Shown piece by piece: positions 50,401 through 62,400 of a stretch of 64,000 bases of DNA (its first letter is position 1; each line of letters starts with the position of its first letter). The stretch is from NCBI GenBank assembly GCA_964016885.1, contig OZ024740.1, positions 238,390,001 to 238,454,000 on the forward strand. Reading direction: 5' to 3'. The position numbers and the translations under genes are program-made. The DNA is from Eledone cirrhosa. Its lineage: Eukaryota. Below the pieces are notes generated by a model, which did not search any database, was not told the DNA's origin, and saw only the letters and a list, made by a program, of their open reading frames with translations.

Positions 50401-53400
50401 AGGTAGAGGTGTTGTAGTGACTGTATGGTGTGGTGTTGTATGGTACTGAAGGTAGAGGTGTTGTAGTGACTGTATGGTGTGGTGTTGTATGGTAGTGAAG
50501 GTAGAGGTGGTGTAGTGACTGTATGGTGTGGTGTTGTATTGTAGTGAAGGTAGAGGTGTTGTAGTGACTGTATGGTGTGGTGTTGTATGGTAGTGAAGGT
50601 AGAGGTGTTGTAGTGACTGTATGGTGGTGTTGTATGGTAGTGAAGGTAGAGGTGTTGTAGTGACTGTATAGTGTGGTGTTGTATGGTAGTGATGGTAGAG
50701 GTGTTGTAGTGACTGTATAGTGTGGTGTTGTATGGTAGTGAAGGTAGAGGTGTTGTTGTGACTGTATGGTGTGGTATTGTTTGGTAGTGAAGGTAGAGGT
50801 GTTGTAGTGACTGTATAGTGTGGTGCTGTATGGTAGTGAAGGTAGAGGTGTTGTAGTGACTGTATGGTGTGGTGTTGTATGGTAGTGAAGGTAGAGGTGG
50901 TGTAGTGACTGTATGGTGTGGTGTTGTATGGTAGTGAAGGTAGAGGTGTTGTAGTGACTGTATAGTGTGGTGTTGTATGGTAGTGAAGGTAGAGGTGGTG
51001 TAGTGACTGTATGGTGTGGTGTTGTATTGTAGTGAAGGTAGAGGTGTTGTAGTGACTGTATAGTGTGGTGTTGTATGGTAGTGATGGTAGAGGTGTTGTA
51101 GTCACTGTATAGTGTGGTGTTGTATGGTAGTGAAGGTAGAGGTGTTGTTGTGACTGTATGGTGTGGTATTGTTTGGTAGTGAAGGTAGAGGTGCTGTAGT
51201 GACTGTATAGTGTGGTGTTGTATGGTAGTGAAGGTAGAGGTGTTGTAGTGACTGTATGGTGTGGTGTTGTATGGTAGTGGAGGTAGAGATATTGTAGTGA
51301 CTGTATGGTGTGGTGTTGTATGGTAGTGAAGGTACAGGTGTTGTAGTGACTGTATGGTGTGGTGTTGTATTGTAGTGAAGGTAGAGGTGTTGTAGTGACT
51401 GTATGGTGTGGTGTTGCATTGTAGTGAAGGTAGAGGTGTTGTATGACTGTATAGTGTGGTGTTGTATGGTAGTGATGGTAGAGGTGTTGTAGTGACTGTA
51501 TAGTGTGGTGTTGTATGGTAGTGAAGGTAGAGGTGTTGTTGTGACTGTATGGTGTGGTGTTGTATGGTAGTGAAGGTAGAGGAGCTGTAGTGACTGTATG
51601 GTGTGGTATGGTAGTGAAGGTAGAGGTGTTGTAGTGACTGTATAGTGTGGTGTTGTATGGTAGTGAAGGTAGAGGTGGTGTAGTGACTGTATGGTGTGGT
51701 GTTGTATTGTAGTGAAGATAGAGGTGTTGTAGTGACTGTATAGTGTGGGGTTGTATGGTAGTGAAGGTAGAGGTGTTGTTGTGACTGTATGGTGTGGTAT
51801 TGTTTGGTAGTGAAGGTAGAGGTGTTGTAGTGACTGTATAGTGTGGTGTTGTATGGTAGTGAAGGTAGAGGTGTTGTAGTGACTGTATGGTGTGGTGTTG
51901 TATGGTAGTGGAGGTAGAGATGTTGTAGTGACTGTATGGTGTGGTGTTGTATGGTAGTGAAGGTAGAGGTGTTGTAGTGACTGTATAGTATGGTGTGGTA
52001 TGGTAGTGAAGGTAGAGGTGTTGTAGTGACTGTATGGTGTGGTGTTGTATGGTAGTGAAGGTAGAGGTGTTGTAGTGACTGTATAGTGTGGTGTGGTATG
52101 GTAGTGAAGGTAGAGGTGTTGTAGTGGCTGTATGGTGTGGTATTGTTTGGTAGTGAAGGTAGAGGTGTTGTAGTGACTGTATAGTGTGGTGTTGTATGGT
52201 AGTGAAGGTAGAGGTGTTGTAGTGACTGTATGGTGTGGTGTTGTATGGTAGTGGAGGTAGAGATGTTGTAGTGACTGTATGGTGTGGTGTTGTATGGTAG
52301 TGAAGGTAGAGGTGTTGTAGTGACTGTATAGTATGGTGTTGTATGGTAGTGAAGGTAGAGGTGTTGTATTGACTGTATGGTGTGGTGTTGTATGGTAGTG
52401 AAGGTAGAGGTGTTGTAGTGACTGTATGGTGTGGTGGTGTATGGTAGTGAAGGTAGAGGTGTTGTAGTGACTGTATGGTGTGGTGGTGTATGGTAGTGAA
52501 GGTAGAGGTGTTGTAGTGACTGTATGGCGTGGTGTTGTATGGTAGTGAAGGTAGATGTGTTGTAGTGACTGTATGGTGTGGTGTTGTATGGTAGTGAAGG
52601 TAGAGGTGTTGTAGTGACTGTATGGTGTGGTGTTGTATGGTAGTGAAGGTAGAAGTGTTGTAGTGACTGTATGGTGTGGTGTTGTATGGTATTAAAGGTA
52701 GAGGTGTTGTATTGACTGTATGGTGTAGTGTTGTATGGTAGTGAAGGTAGAGGTGTTGTAGTGACTGTATGGTGTGGTGTTGTATGGTAGTGAAGGTAGA
52801 GGTGTTGTAGTGACTGTATGGTGTGGTGTTGTATGGTAGTGAAGGTAGAGGTGTTGTAGTGACTGTAGAGTGTGGTGTTGTATGGTAGTGAAGGTAGAGG
52901 TGTTGTAGTGACTGTATGGTGTGGTGTTGTATGGTAGTGAAAGTAGAGGTGTTGTAGGGACTGTATGGTGTGGTGTTGTATGGTAGTGAAGGTAGATGTG
53001 TTGTAGGGACTGTATGGTGTGGTGTTGTATGGTAGTGAAGGTAGAGGTGTTGTAGTGACTGTATAGTGTGGTGTTGTATGGTAGTGAAGGTAGATGTGTT
53101 GTAGGGACTGTATGGTGTGGTGTTGTATGGTAGTGAAGGTAGGGGTCTTGTAGTGACTGTATGGTGTGGTGTTGTATGGTAGTGAAGGTAGGGGTCTTGT
53201 AGTGACTGTATGGTGTGGTGTTGTATGGTAGTGAAGGTAGAGGTGTTGTAGTGACTGTATAGTGTGGTGTTGTATGGTAGTGAAGGTAGAGGTGTTGTAG
53301 TGACTGTATGGTGTGGTGTTGTATGGTAGTGAAGGTAGATGTGTTGTAGTGACTGTATGGTGTGGTGTTGTATTGTAGTGAAGGTAGAGGTGTTGTAGTG

Positions 53401-56400
53401 AATGTATGGTTTGGTGTTGTATGGTAGTGAAGGTAGAGGTGTTGTAGTGACTGTATGGTGTGGTGTTGTATGGTAGTGAAGGTAGAGGTGTTGTAGTGAC
53501 TGTATGGTGTGGTATTGTATGGTAGTGAAGGTAGAGGTGTTGTAGTGACTGTATGGTGTGGTGTTGTATTGTAGTGAAGGTAGAGGTGTTGTAGTGAATG
53601 TATGGTTTGGTGTTGTATGGTAGTGAAGGTAGAGGTGTTGTAGTGACTGTATGGTGTGGTGTTGTATGGTAGTGAAGGTAGAGGTGTTGTAGTGACTGTA
53701 TGGTGTGGTGTTGTATGGTAGTGAAGGTAGAGGTGTTGTAGTGACTGTATAGTGTGGTGTTGTATGGTAGTGAAGGTAGAGGTGTTGTAGTGACTGTATG
53801 GTGTGGTGTTGTATGGTAGTGAAGGTAGAGGTGTTGTAGTGACTGTATGGTGTGGTGTTGTATTGTAGTGAAGGTAGAGGTGTTGTAGTGACTGTATGGT
53901 GTGGTGTTGTATTGTAGTGAAGGTAGAGGTGTTGTATTACTGTATAGTGTGGTGTTGTATGGTAGTGATGGTAGAGGTGTTGTAGTGACTGTATAGTGTG
54001 GTGTTGTATGGTAGTGAAGGTAGAGGTGTTGTAGTGACTGTATGGTGTGGTGTTGTATGGTAGTGAAGGTAGAGGTGTTGTAGTGACTGTATGGTGTGGT
54101 GTTGTATGGTAGTGAAGGTAGAGGTGTTGTAGAGACTGTATAGTGTGGTGTTGTATGGTAGTGAAGGTAAAGGTATTGTAGTGAATGTATGGTTTGGTGT
54201 TGTATGGTAGTGAAGGTAGAGGTGTTGTAGTGACTGTATAGTGTGGTGTTGTATGGTAGTGAAGGTAAAGGTATTGTAGTGAATGTATGGTTTGGTGTTG
54301 TATGGTAGTGAAGGTAGAGGTGTTGTAGTGAATGTATGGTTTGGTGTTGTATGGTAGTGAAGGTAGAGGTGTTGTAGTGAATGTATGGTTTGGTGTTGTA
54401 TGGTAGTGAAGGTAGAGGTGTTGTAGTGACTGTATGGTGTGGTGTTGTATGGTAGTGAAGGTAAAGGTGTTGTAGTGAATGTATGGTTTGGTGTTGTATG
54501 GTAGTGAAGGTAGAGGTGTTGTAGTGACTGTATAGTGTGGTGTTGTATGGTAGTGAAGATAGAGATGTTGTAGTGACTGTATGGTGTGGTGTTGTATGGT
54601 AGTGAAGGTAGAGGTGTTGTAGTGACTGTATGGTGTGGTATGGTAGTGAAGGTAGAGGTGTTGTAGTGACTGTATGGTGTGGTGTTGTATGGTAGTGAAG
54701 GTAGAGGTGTTGTAGTGACTGTATAGTATGGTGTGGTATGGTAGTGAAGGTAGAGGTGTTGTAGTGACTGTATGGTGTGGTGTTGTATGGTAGTGAAGGT
54801 AGAGGTGTTGTAGTGACTGTATAGTGTGGTGTGGTATGGTAGTGAAGGTAGAGGTGTTGTAGTGACTGTATGGTGTGGTGTTGTATGGTAGTGAAGGTAG
54901 AGGTGGTGTAGTGACTGTATGGTGTGGTGTTGTATGGTAGTGAAGGTAGAGGTGTTGTAGTGACTGTATAGTGTGGTGTTGTATGGTAGTGAAGGTAGAG
55001 GTGTTGTAGTGACTGTATGGTGTGGTGTTGTATGGTAGTGGAGGTAGAGGTGTTGTAGTGACTGTATGGTGTGGTGTTGTATGGTAGTGAAGGTAGAGGT
55101 GTTTTAGTGACTGTATGGTGTGGTGTTGTATGGTAGTGAAGGTAGAGGTGGTGTAGTGACTGTATGGTGTGGTGTTGTATTGTAGTGAAGGTAGAGGTGT
55201 TGTAGTGACTGTATAGTGTGGTGTTGTATGATAGTGAAGGTAGAGGTGGTGTAGTAACTGTATGGTGTGGTGTTGTATGGTAGTGAAGGTAGAGGTGTTG
55301 TAGTGACTGTATGGTGTGGTGTTGTATGGTAGTGAAGGTAGAGGTGTTGTAGTGACTGTATGGTGTGGTGTTGTATGGTAGTGAAGGTAGAGGTGGTGTA
55401 GTGACTGTATGGTGTGATGTTGTATTGTAGTGAAGGTAGAGGTGTTGTAGTGACTGTATGGTGTGGTGTTGTATGGTAGTGAAGGTAGAGGTGTTGTAGT
55501 GACTGTATGGAGTGGTGTTGTATGGTAGTGAAGGTAGAGGTGTTGTAGTGACTGTATGGTGTGGTGTTGTATGGTACTGAAGGTAGAGGTGTTGTAGTGA
55601 CTGTATGGTGTGGTGTTGTATGGTAGTGAAGGTAGAGGTGGTGTAGTGACTGTATGGTGTGGTGTTGTATTGTAGTGAAGGTAGAGGTGTTGTAGTGACT
55701 GTATGGTGTGGTGTTGTATGGTAGTGAAGGTAGATGTGTTGTAGTGACTGTATGGTGGTGTTGTATGGTAGTGAATGTAGAGGTGTTGTAGTGACTGTAT
55801 AGTGTGGTGTTGTATGGTAGTGATGGTAGAGGTGTTGTAGTGACTGTATAGTGTGGTGTTGTATGGTAGTGAAGGTAGAGGTGTTGTAGTGACTGTATGG
55901 TGTGGTATTGTTTGGTAGTGAAGGTAGAGGTGTTGTAGTGACTGTATAGTGTGGTGTTGTATGGTAGTGAAGGTAGAGGTGTTGTAGTGACTGTATGGTG
56001 TGGTGTTGTATGGTAGTGAAGGTAGAGGTGGTGTAGTGACTGTATGGTGTGGTGTTGTATGGTAGTGAAGGTAGAGGTGTTGTAGTGACTGTATAGTGTG
56101 GTGTTGTATGGTAGTGAAGGTAGAGGTGGTGTAGTGACTGTATGGTGTGGTGTTGTATTGTAGTGAAGGTAGAGGTGTTGTAGTGACTGTATAGTGTGGT
56201 GTTGTATGGTAGTGATGGTAGAGGTGTTGTAGTGACTGTATAGTGTGGTGTTGTATGGTAGTGAAGGTAGAGGTGTTGTTGTGACTGTATGGTGTGGTAT
56301 TGTTTGGTAGTGAAGGTAGAGGTGCTGTAGTGACTGTATAGTGTGGTGTTGTATGGTAGTGAAGGTAGAGGTGTTGTAGTGACTGTATGGTGTGGTGTTG

Positions 56401-59400
56401 TATGGTAGTGGAAGTAGAGATGTTGTAGTGACTGTATGGTGTGGTGTTGTATGGTAGTGAAGGTAGAGGTGTTGTAGTGACTGTATGGTGTGGTATGGTA
56501 GTGAAGGTAGAGGTGTTGTAGTGACTGTATGGTGTGGTGTTGTATGGTAGTGAAGGTAGAGGTGTTGTAGTGACTGTATAGTATGGTGTGGTATGGTAGT
56601 GAAGGTAGAGGTGTTGTAGTGACTGTATGGTGTGGTGTTGTATGGTAGTGAAGGTAGAGGTGTTGTAGTGACTGTATAGTGTGGTGTGGTATGGTAGTGA
56701 AGGTAGAGGTGTTGTAGTGACTGTATGGTGTGGTGTTGTATGGTAGTGAAGGTAGAGGTGGTGTAGTGACTGTATGGTGTGGTGTTGTATGGTAGTGAAG
56801 GTAGAGGTGTTGTAGTGACTGTATAGTGTGGTGTTGTATGGTAGTGAAGGTAGAGGTGTTGTAGTGACTGTATGGTGTGGTGTTGTATGGTAGTGGAGGT
56901 AGAGGTGTTGTAGTGACTGTATGGTGTGGTGTTGTATGGTAGTGAAGGTAGAGGTGTTTTAGTGACTGTATGGTGTGGTGTTGTATGGTAGTGAAGGTAG
57001 AGGTGGTGTAGTGACTGTATGGTGTGGTGTTGTATTGTAGTGAAGGTAGAGGTGTTGTAGTGACTGTATAGTGTGGTGTTGTATGATAGTGAAGGTAGAG
57101 GTGGTGTAGTAACTGTATGGTGTGGTGTTGTATGGTAGTGAAGGTAGAGGTGTTGTAGTGACTGTATGGTGTGGTGTTGTATGGTAGTGAAGGTAGAGGT
57201 GTTGTAGTGACTGTATGGTGTGGTGTTGTATGGTAGTGAAGGTAGAGGTGGTGTAGTGACTGTATGGTGTGATGTTGTATTGTAGTGAAGGTAGAGGTGT
57301 TGTAGTGACTGTATGGTGTGGTGTTGTATGGTAGTGAAGGTAGAGGTGTTGTAGTGACTGTATGGTGTGGTGTTGTATGGTAGTGAAGGTAGAGGTGTTG
57401 TAGTGACTGTATGGTGTGGTGTTGTATGGTACTGAAGGTAGAGGTGTTGTAGTGACTGTATGGTGTGGTGTTGTATGGTAGTGAAGGTAGAGGTGGTGTA
57501 GTGACTGTATGGTGTGGTGTTGTATTGTAGTGAAGGTAGAGGTGTTGTAGTGACTGTATGGTGTGGTGTTGTATGGTAGTGAAGGTAGATGTGTTGTAGT
57601 GACTGTATGGTGGTGTTGTATGGTAGTGAATGTAGAGGTGTTGTAGTGACTGTATAGTGTGGTGTTGTATGGTAGTGATGGTAGAGGTGTTGTAGTGACT
57701 GTATAGTGTGGTGTTGTATGGTAGTGAAGGTAGAGGTGTTGTAGTGACTGTATGGTGTGGTATTGTTTGGTAGTGAAGGTAGAGGTGTTGTAGTGACTGT
57801 ATAGTGTGGTGTTGTATGGTAGTGAAGGTAGAGGTGTTGTAGTGACTGTATGGTGTGGTGTTGTATGGTAGTGAAGGTAGAGGTGGTGTAGTGACTGTAT
57901 GGTGTGGTGTTGTATGGTAGTGAAGGTAGAGGTGTTGTAGTGACTGTATAGTGTGGTGTTGTATGGTAGTGAAGGTAGAGGTGGTGTAGTGACTGTATGG
58001 TGTGGTGTTGTATTGTAGTGAAGGTAGAGGTGTTGTAGTGACTGTATAGTGTGGTGTTGTATGGTAGTGATGGTAGAGGTGTTGTAGTGACTGTATAGTG
58101 TGGTGTTGTATGGTAGTGAAGGTAGAGGTGTTGTTGTGACTGTATGGTGTGGTATTGTTTGGTAGTGAAGGTAGAGGTGCTGTAGTGACTGTATAGTGTG
58201 GTGTTGTATGGTAGTGAAGGTAGAGGTGTTGTAGTGACTGTATCGTGTGGTGTTGTATGGTAGTGGAGGTAGAGATGTTGTAGTGACTGTATGGTGTGGT
58301 GTTGTATGGTAGTGAAGGTACAGGTGTTGTAGTGACTGTATGGTGTGGTGTTGTATTGTAGTGAAGGTAGAGGTGTTGTAGTGACTGTATGGTGTGGTGT
58401 TGTATTGTAGTGAAGGTAGAGGTGTTGTATGACTGTATAGTGTGGTGTTGTATGGTAGTGATGGTAGAGGTGTTGTAGTGACTGTATAGTGTGGTGTTGT
58501 ATGGTAGTGAAGGTAGAGGTGTTGTTGTGACTGTATGGTGTGGTGTTGTATGGTAGTGAAGGTAGAGGAGCTGTAGTGACTGTATGGTGTGGTATGGTAG
58601 TGAAGGTAGAGGTGTTGTAGTGACTGTATAGTGTGGTGTTGTATGGTAGTAAAGGTAGAGGTGGTGTAGTGACTGTATGGTGTGGTGTTGTATGGTAGTG
58701 AAGGTAGAGGTGTTGTAGTGACTGTATAGTGTGGTGTTGTATGGTAGTGAAGGTAGAGGTGTTGTAGTGACTGTATGGTGTGGTGTTGTATGGTAGTGAA
58801 GGTAGAGGTGTTGTAGTGACTGTATAGTGTGGTGTTGTATGGTAGTGAAGGTAGAGGTGGTGTAGTGACTGTATGGTGTGGTGTTGTATTGTAGTGAAAA
58901 TAGAGGTGTTGCAGTGACTGTATGGTGTGGTGTTGTATGGTAGTGAAGGTAGAGGTGTTGTAGTGACTGTATAGTGTAGTGTGGTATGGTAGTGAAGGTA
59001 GAGGTGTTCTAGTGACTGTATGGTGTGGTGTTGTATGGTAGTGAAGGTAGAGGTGGTGTAGTGACTGTATGGTGTGGTGTTGTATGATAGTGAAGGTAGA
59101 GGTGTTCTAGTGACTGTATGGTGTGGTGTTGTATGGTAGTGAACGTAGAGGTGTTGTAGTGACTGTATGGTGTGGTGTTGTATGGTAGTGAAGGTATGGG
59201 TGTTGTAATGACTGTATGGTGTGGTGTTGTATGGTAGTGAAGGTAGAGGTGTTGTAGTGACTGTATAGTGTGGTGTTGTATGGTAGTGAAGGTAGAGCTG
59301 TTGTAGTGACTGTATAGTGTGGTGTTGTATGGTAGTGAAGGTAGAGGTGTTGTAGTGACTGTATGGTGTGGTGTTGTATGGTAGTGAAGGTAGAGGTGTT

Positions 59401-62400
59401 GTAGTGACTGTATAGTGTGGTGTCGTATGGTAGTGAAGGTAGAGGTGTTGTAGTGACTGTATAGTGTGGTGTTGTATGGTAGTGAAGGTAGAGCTGTTGT
59501 AGTGACTGTATAGTGTGGTGTTGTAATGACTGTATGGTGTGGTGTTGTATGGTAGTGAAGGTAGAGGTGTTGTAGTGACTGTATGGTGTGGTGTTGTATG
59601 GTAGTGAAGGTAGAGGTGTTGTAGTGACTGTATAGTGTGGTGTTGTATGGTAGTGAAGATAGAGGTGTTGTATTGACTGTATAGTGTGGTGTTGTATGGT
59701 ATTAAAGGTAGAGGTGTTGTATTGACTGTATGGTTTGGTGTTGTATGGTAGTGAAGGTAGAGGTGGTGTAGTGACTGCATGGTGTGTTGTTGTATGGTAG
59801 TGAAGGTAGAGGTGTTGTAGTGACTGTATGGTGTGGTGTTGTATGGTAGTGAAGGTAGAAGTGTTGTAGTGAGTGTATGGTGTGGTGTTGTATGGTAGTG
59901 AAGGTAGAGGTGTTGTAGTGACTGTATAGTGTGGTGTTGTATGGTAGTGAAGGTAGAGCTGTTGTAGTGACTGTATAGTGTGGTGTTGTATGGTAGTGAA
60001 GGTAGGGGTGTTGTAATGACTGTATGGTGTGGTGTTGTATGGTAGTGAAGGTAGAGGTGTTGTAGTGACTGTATTGTGTGGTGTTGTATGGTAGTGAAGG
60101 TAGAGGTGTTGTAGTGACTGTATGGTGTGGTGTTGTATGGTAGTGAAGGTAGAGGTGGTGTAATGACTGTATAGTGTGGTGTTGTATGGTAGTGAAGGTA
60201 GGGGTGTTGTAATGACTGTATGGTGTGGTGTTGTATGGTAGTGAAGGTAGAGGTGTTGTAGTGACTGTATTGTGTGGTGTTGTATGGTAGTGAAGGTAGA
60301 GGTGTTGTAGTGACTGTATGGTGTGGTGTTGTATGGTAGTGAAGGTAGAGGTGGTGTAGTGACTGTATAGTGTGGGGTGTTGTATGGTAGTGAAGGTGGA
60401 GGTGTTGTAGTGACTGTATGGTGTGGTGTTGTTTGGTAGTGAAGGTAGAGGTGTTGTTGTGACTGTATGGTGTGGTGTTGTATGGTAGTGAAGGTAGAGG
60501 TGTTGTATTGACTGTATGGTGTGGTGTTGTATGGTAGTGAAGGTAGAGGTGTTGTAGTGACTGTATGGTGTGGTGTTGTATGGTAGTGAAGGTAGAGGTG
60601 TTGTAGTGACTGTATGGTGTGGTGTTGTATGGTAGTGAAGGTAGAGGTTTTGGAGTGACTGTATAGTGTGGTGTTGTATGGTAGTGAAGGTAGAGGTGTT
60701 GTAGTGACTGTATAGTGTGGTGTTGTATGGTAGTGAAGGTAGAGGTGTTGTAGTGACTGTATAGTGTGGTGTTGTATGGTAGTGAAGATAGAGGTGTTGT
60801 AGTGACTGTATAGTGTGGTGTGGTATGGTAGTGAAGATAGAGGTGTTGTATTGACTGTATAGTGTGGTGTTGTATGGTAGTGAAGGTAGAGGTGTTGTAG
60901 TGACTGTATAGTGTGGTGTTGTATGGTAGTGAAGGTAGAGGTGTTGTAGTGACTGTATAGTGTGGTGTGGTATGGTAGTGAAGGTAGAGGTGTTGTAGTG
61001 GCTGTATGGTGTGGTGTTGTATGGTAGTGAAGGTAGAGGTGTTGTAGTGACTGTACGGTGTGGTGTTGTATGGTAGTGAAGATAGAGGTGTTGTAGTGAC
61101 TGTATAGTGTGGTGTTGTATGGTAGTGAAGGTAGAGGTGTTGTAGTGACTGTATGGTGTGGTGTTGTATGGTAGTGAAGGTAGAGGTTTTGTAGTGACTG
61201 TATGGTGTGGTGTTGTATGGTAGTGAAGGTAGAGGTGTTGTAGTGACTGTATAGTGTGGTGTTGTATGGTAGTGAAGGTAGAGGTGTTGTAGTGACTGTA
61301 TGGTGTGGTGTTGTATGGTAGTGAAGGTAGAGGTGTTGTAGTGACTGTATAGTGTGGGGTGTTGTATGGTAGTGAAGGTAGAGGTGGTGCAGTGACTGTA
61401 TGGTGTGGTGTTGTATGGTAGTGAAGGTAGAGGTGTTGTAGTGACTGTATGGTGTGGTGTTGTATGGTAGTGAAGGTAGAGGTGTTGTAGTGACTGTATG
61501 GTGTGGTGTTGTATGGTAGTGAAGGTAGAGGTGTTGGAGTGACTGTATAGTGTGGTGTTGTATGGTAGTGAAGGTAGAGGTGTTGTAGTGACTGTATAGT
61601 GTGGTGTTGTATGGTAGTGAAGATAGAGGTGTTGTAGTGACTGTATAGTGTGGTGTGGTATGGTAGTGAAGATAGAGGTGTTGTATTGACTGTATAGTGT
61701 GGTGTTGTATGGTAGTGAAGGTAGAGGTGTTGTAGTGACTGTATAGTGTGGTGTTGTATGGTAGTGAAGGTAGAGGTGTTGTAGTGACTGTATAGTGTGG
61801 TGTGGTATGGTAGTGAAGGTAGAGGTGTTGTAGTGGCTGTATGGTGTGGTGTTGTATGGTAGTGAAGGTAGAGGTGTTGTAGTGACTGTATGGTGTGGTG
61901 TTGTATGGTAGTGAAGGTAGAGGTGTTGTAGTGACTGTATGGTGTGGTGTTGTATGGTAGTGAAGGTAGAGGTGTTGTAGTGACTGTATGGTGTGGTGTT
62001 GTATGGTAGTGAAGGTAGAGGTGTTGTAGTGACTGTATGGTGTGGTGTTGTATGGTAGTGAAGGTAGAGGTGTTGTAGTGACTGTATGGTGTGGTGTTGT
62101 ATGGTAGTGAAGGTAGAGGTGGTGTAGTGACTGTACGGTGTGGTGTTGTATGGTAGTGAAGATAGAGGTGTTGTAGTGACTGTATGGTGTGGTGTTGTAT
62201 GGTAGTGAAGGTAGAGGTTTTGTAGTGACTGTATGGTGTGGTGTTGTATGGTAGTGAAGGTAGGGGTGTTGTAATGACTGTATGGTGTGGTGTTGTATGG
62301 TATTGAAGGTAGAGGTGTTGTAGTGACTGTATAGTGTGGTGTTGTATGGTAGTGAAGGTAGAGCTGTTGTAGTGACTGTATAGTGTGGTGTTGTATGGTA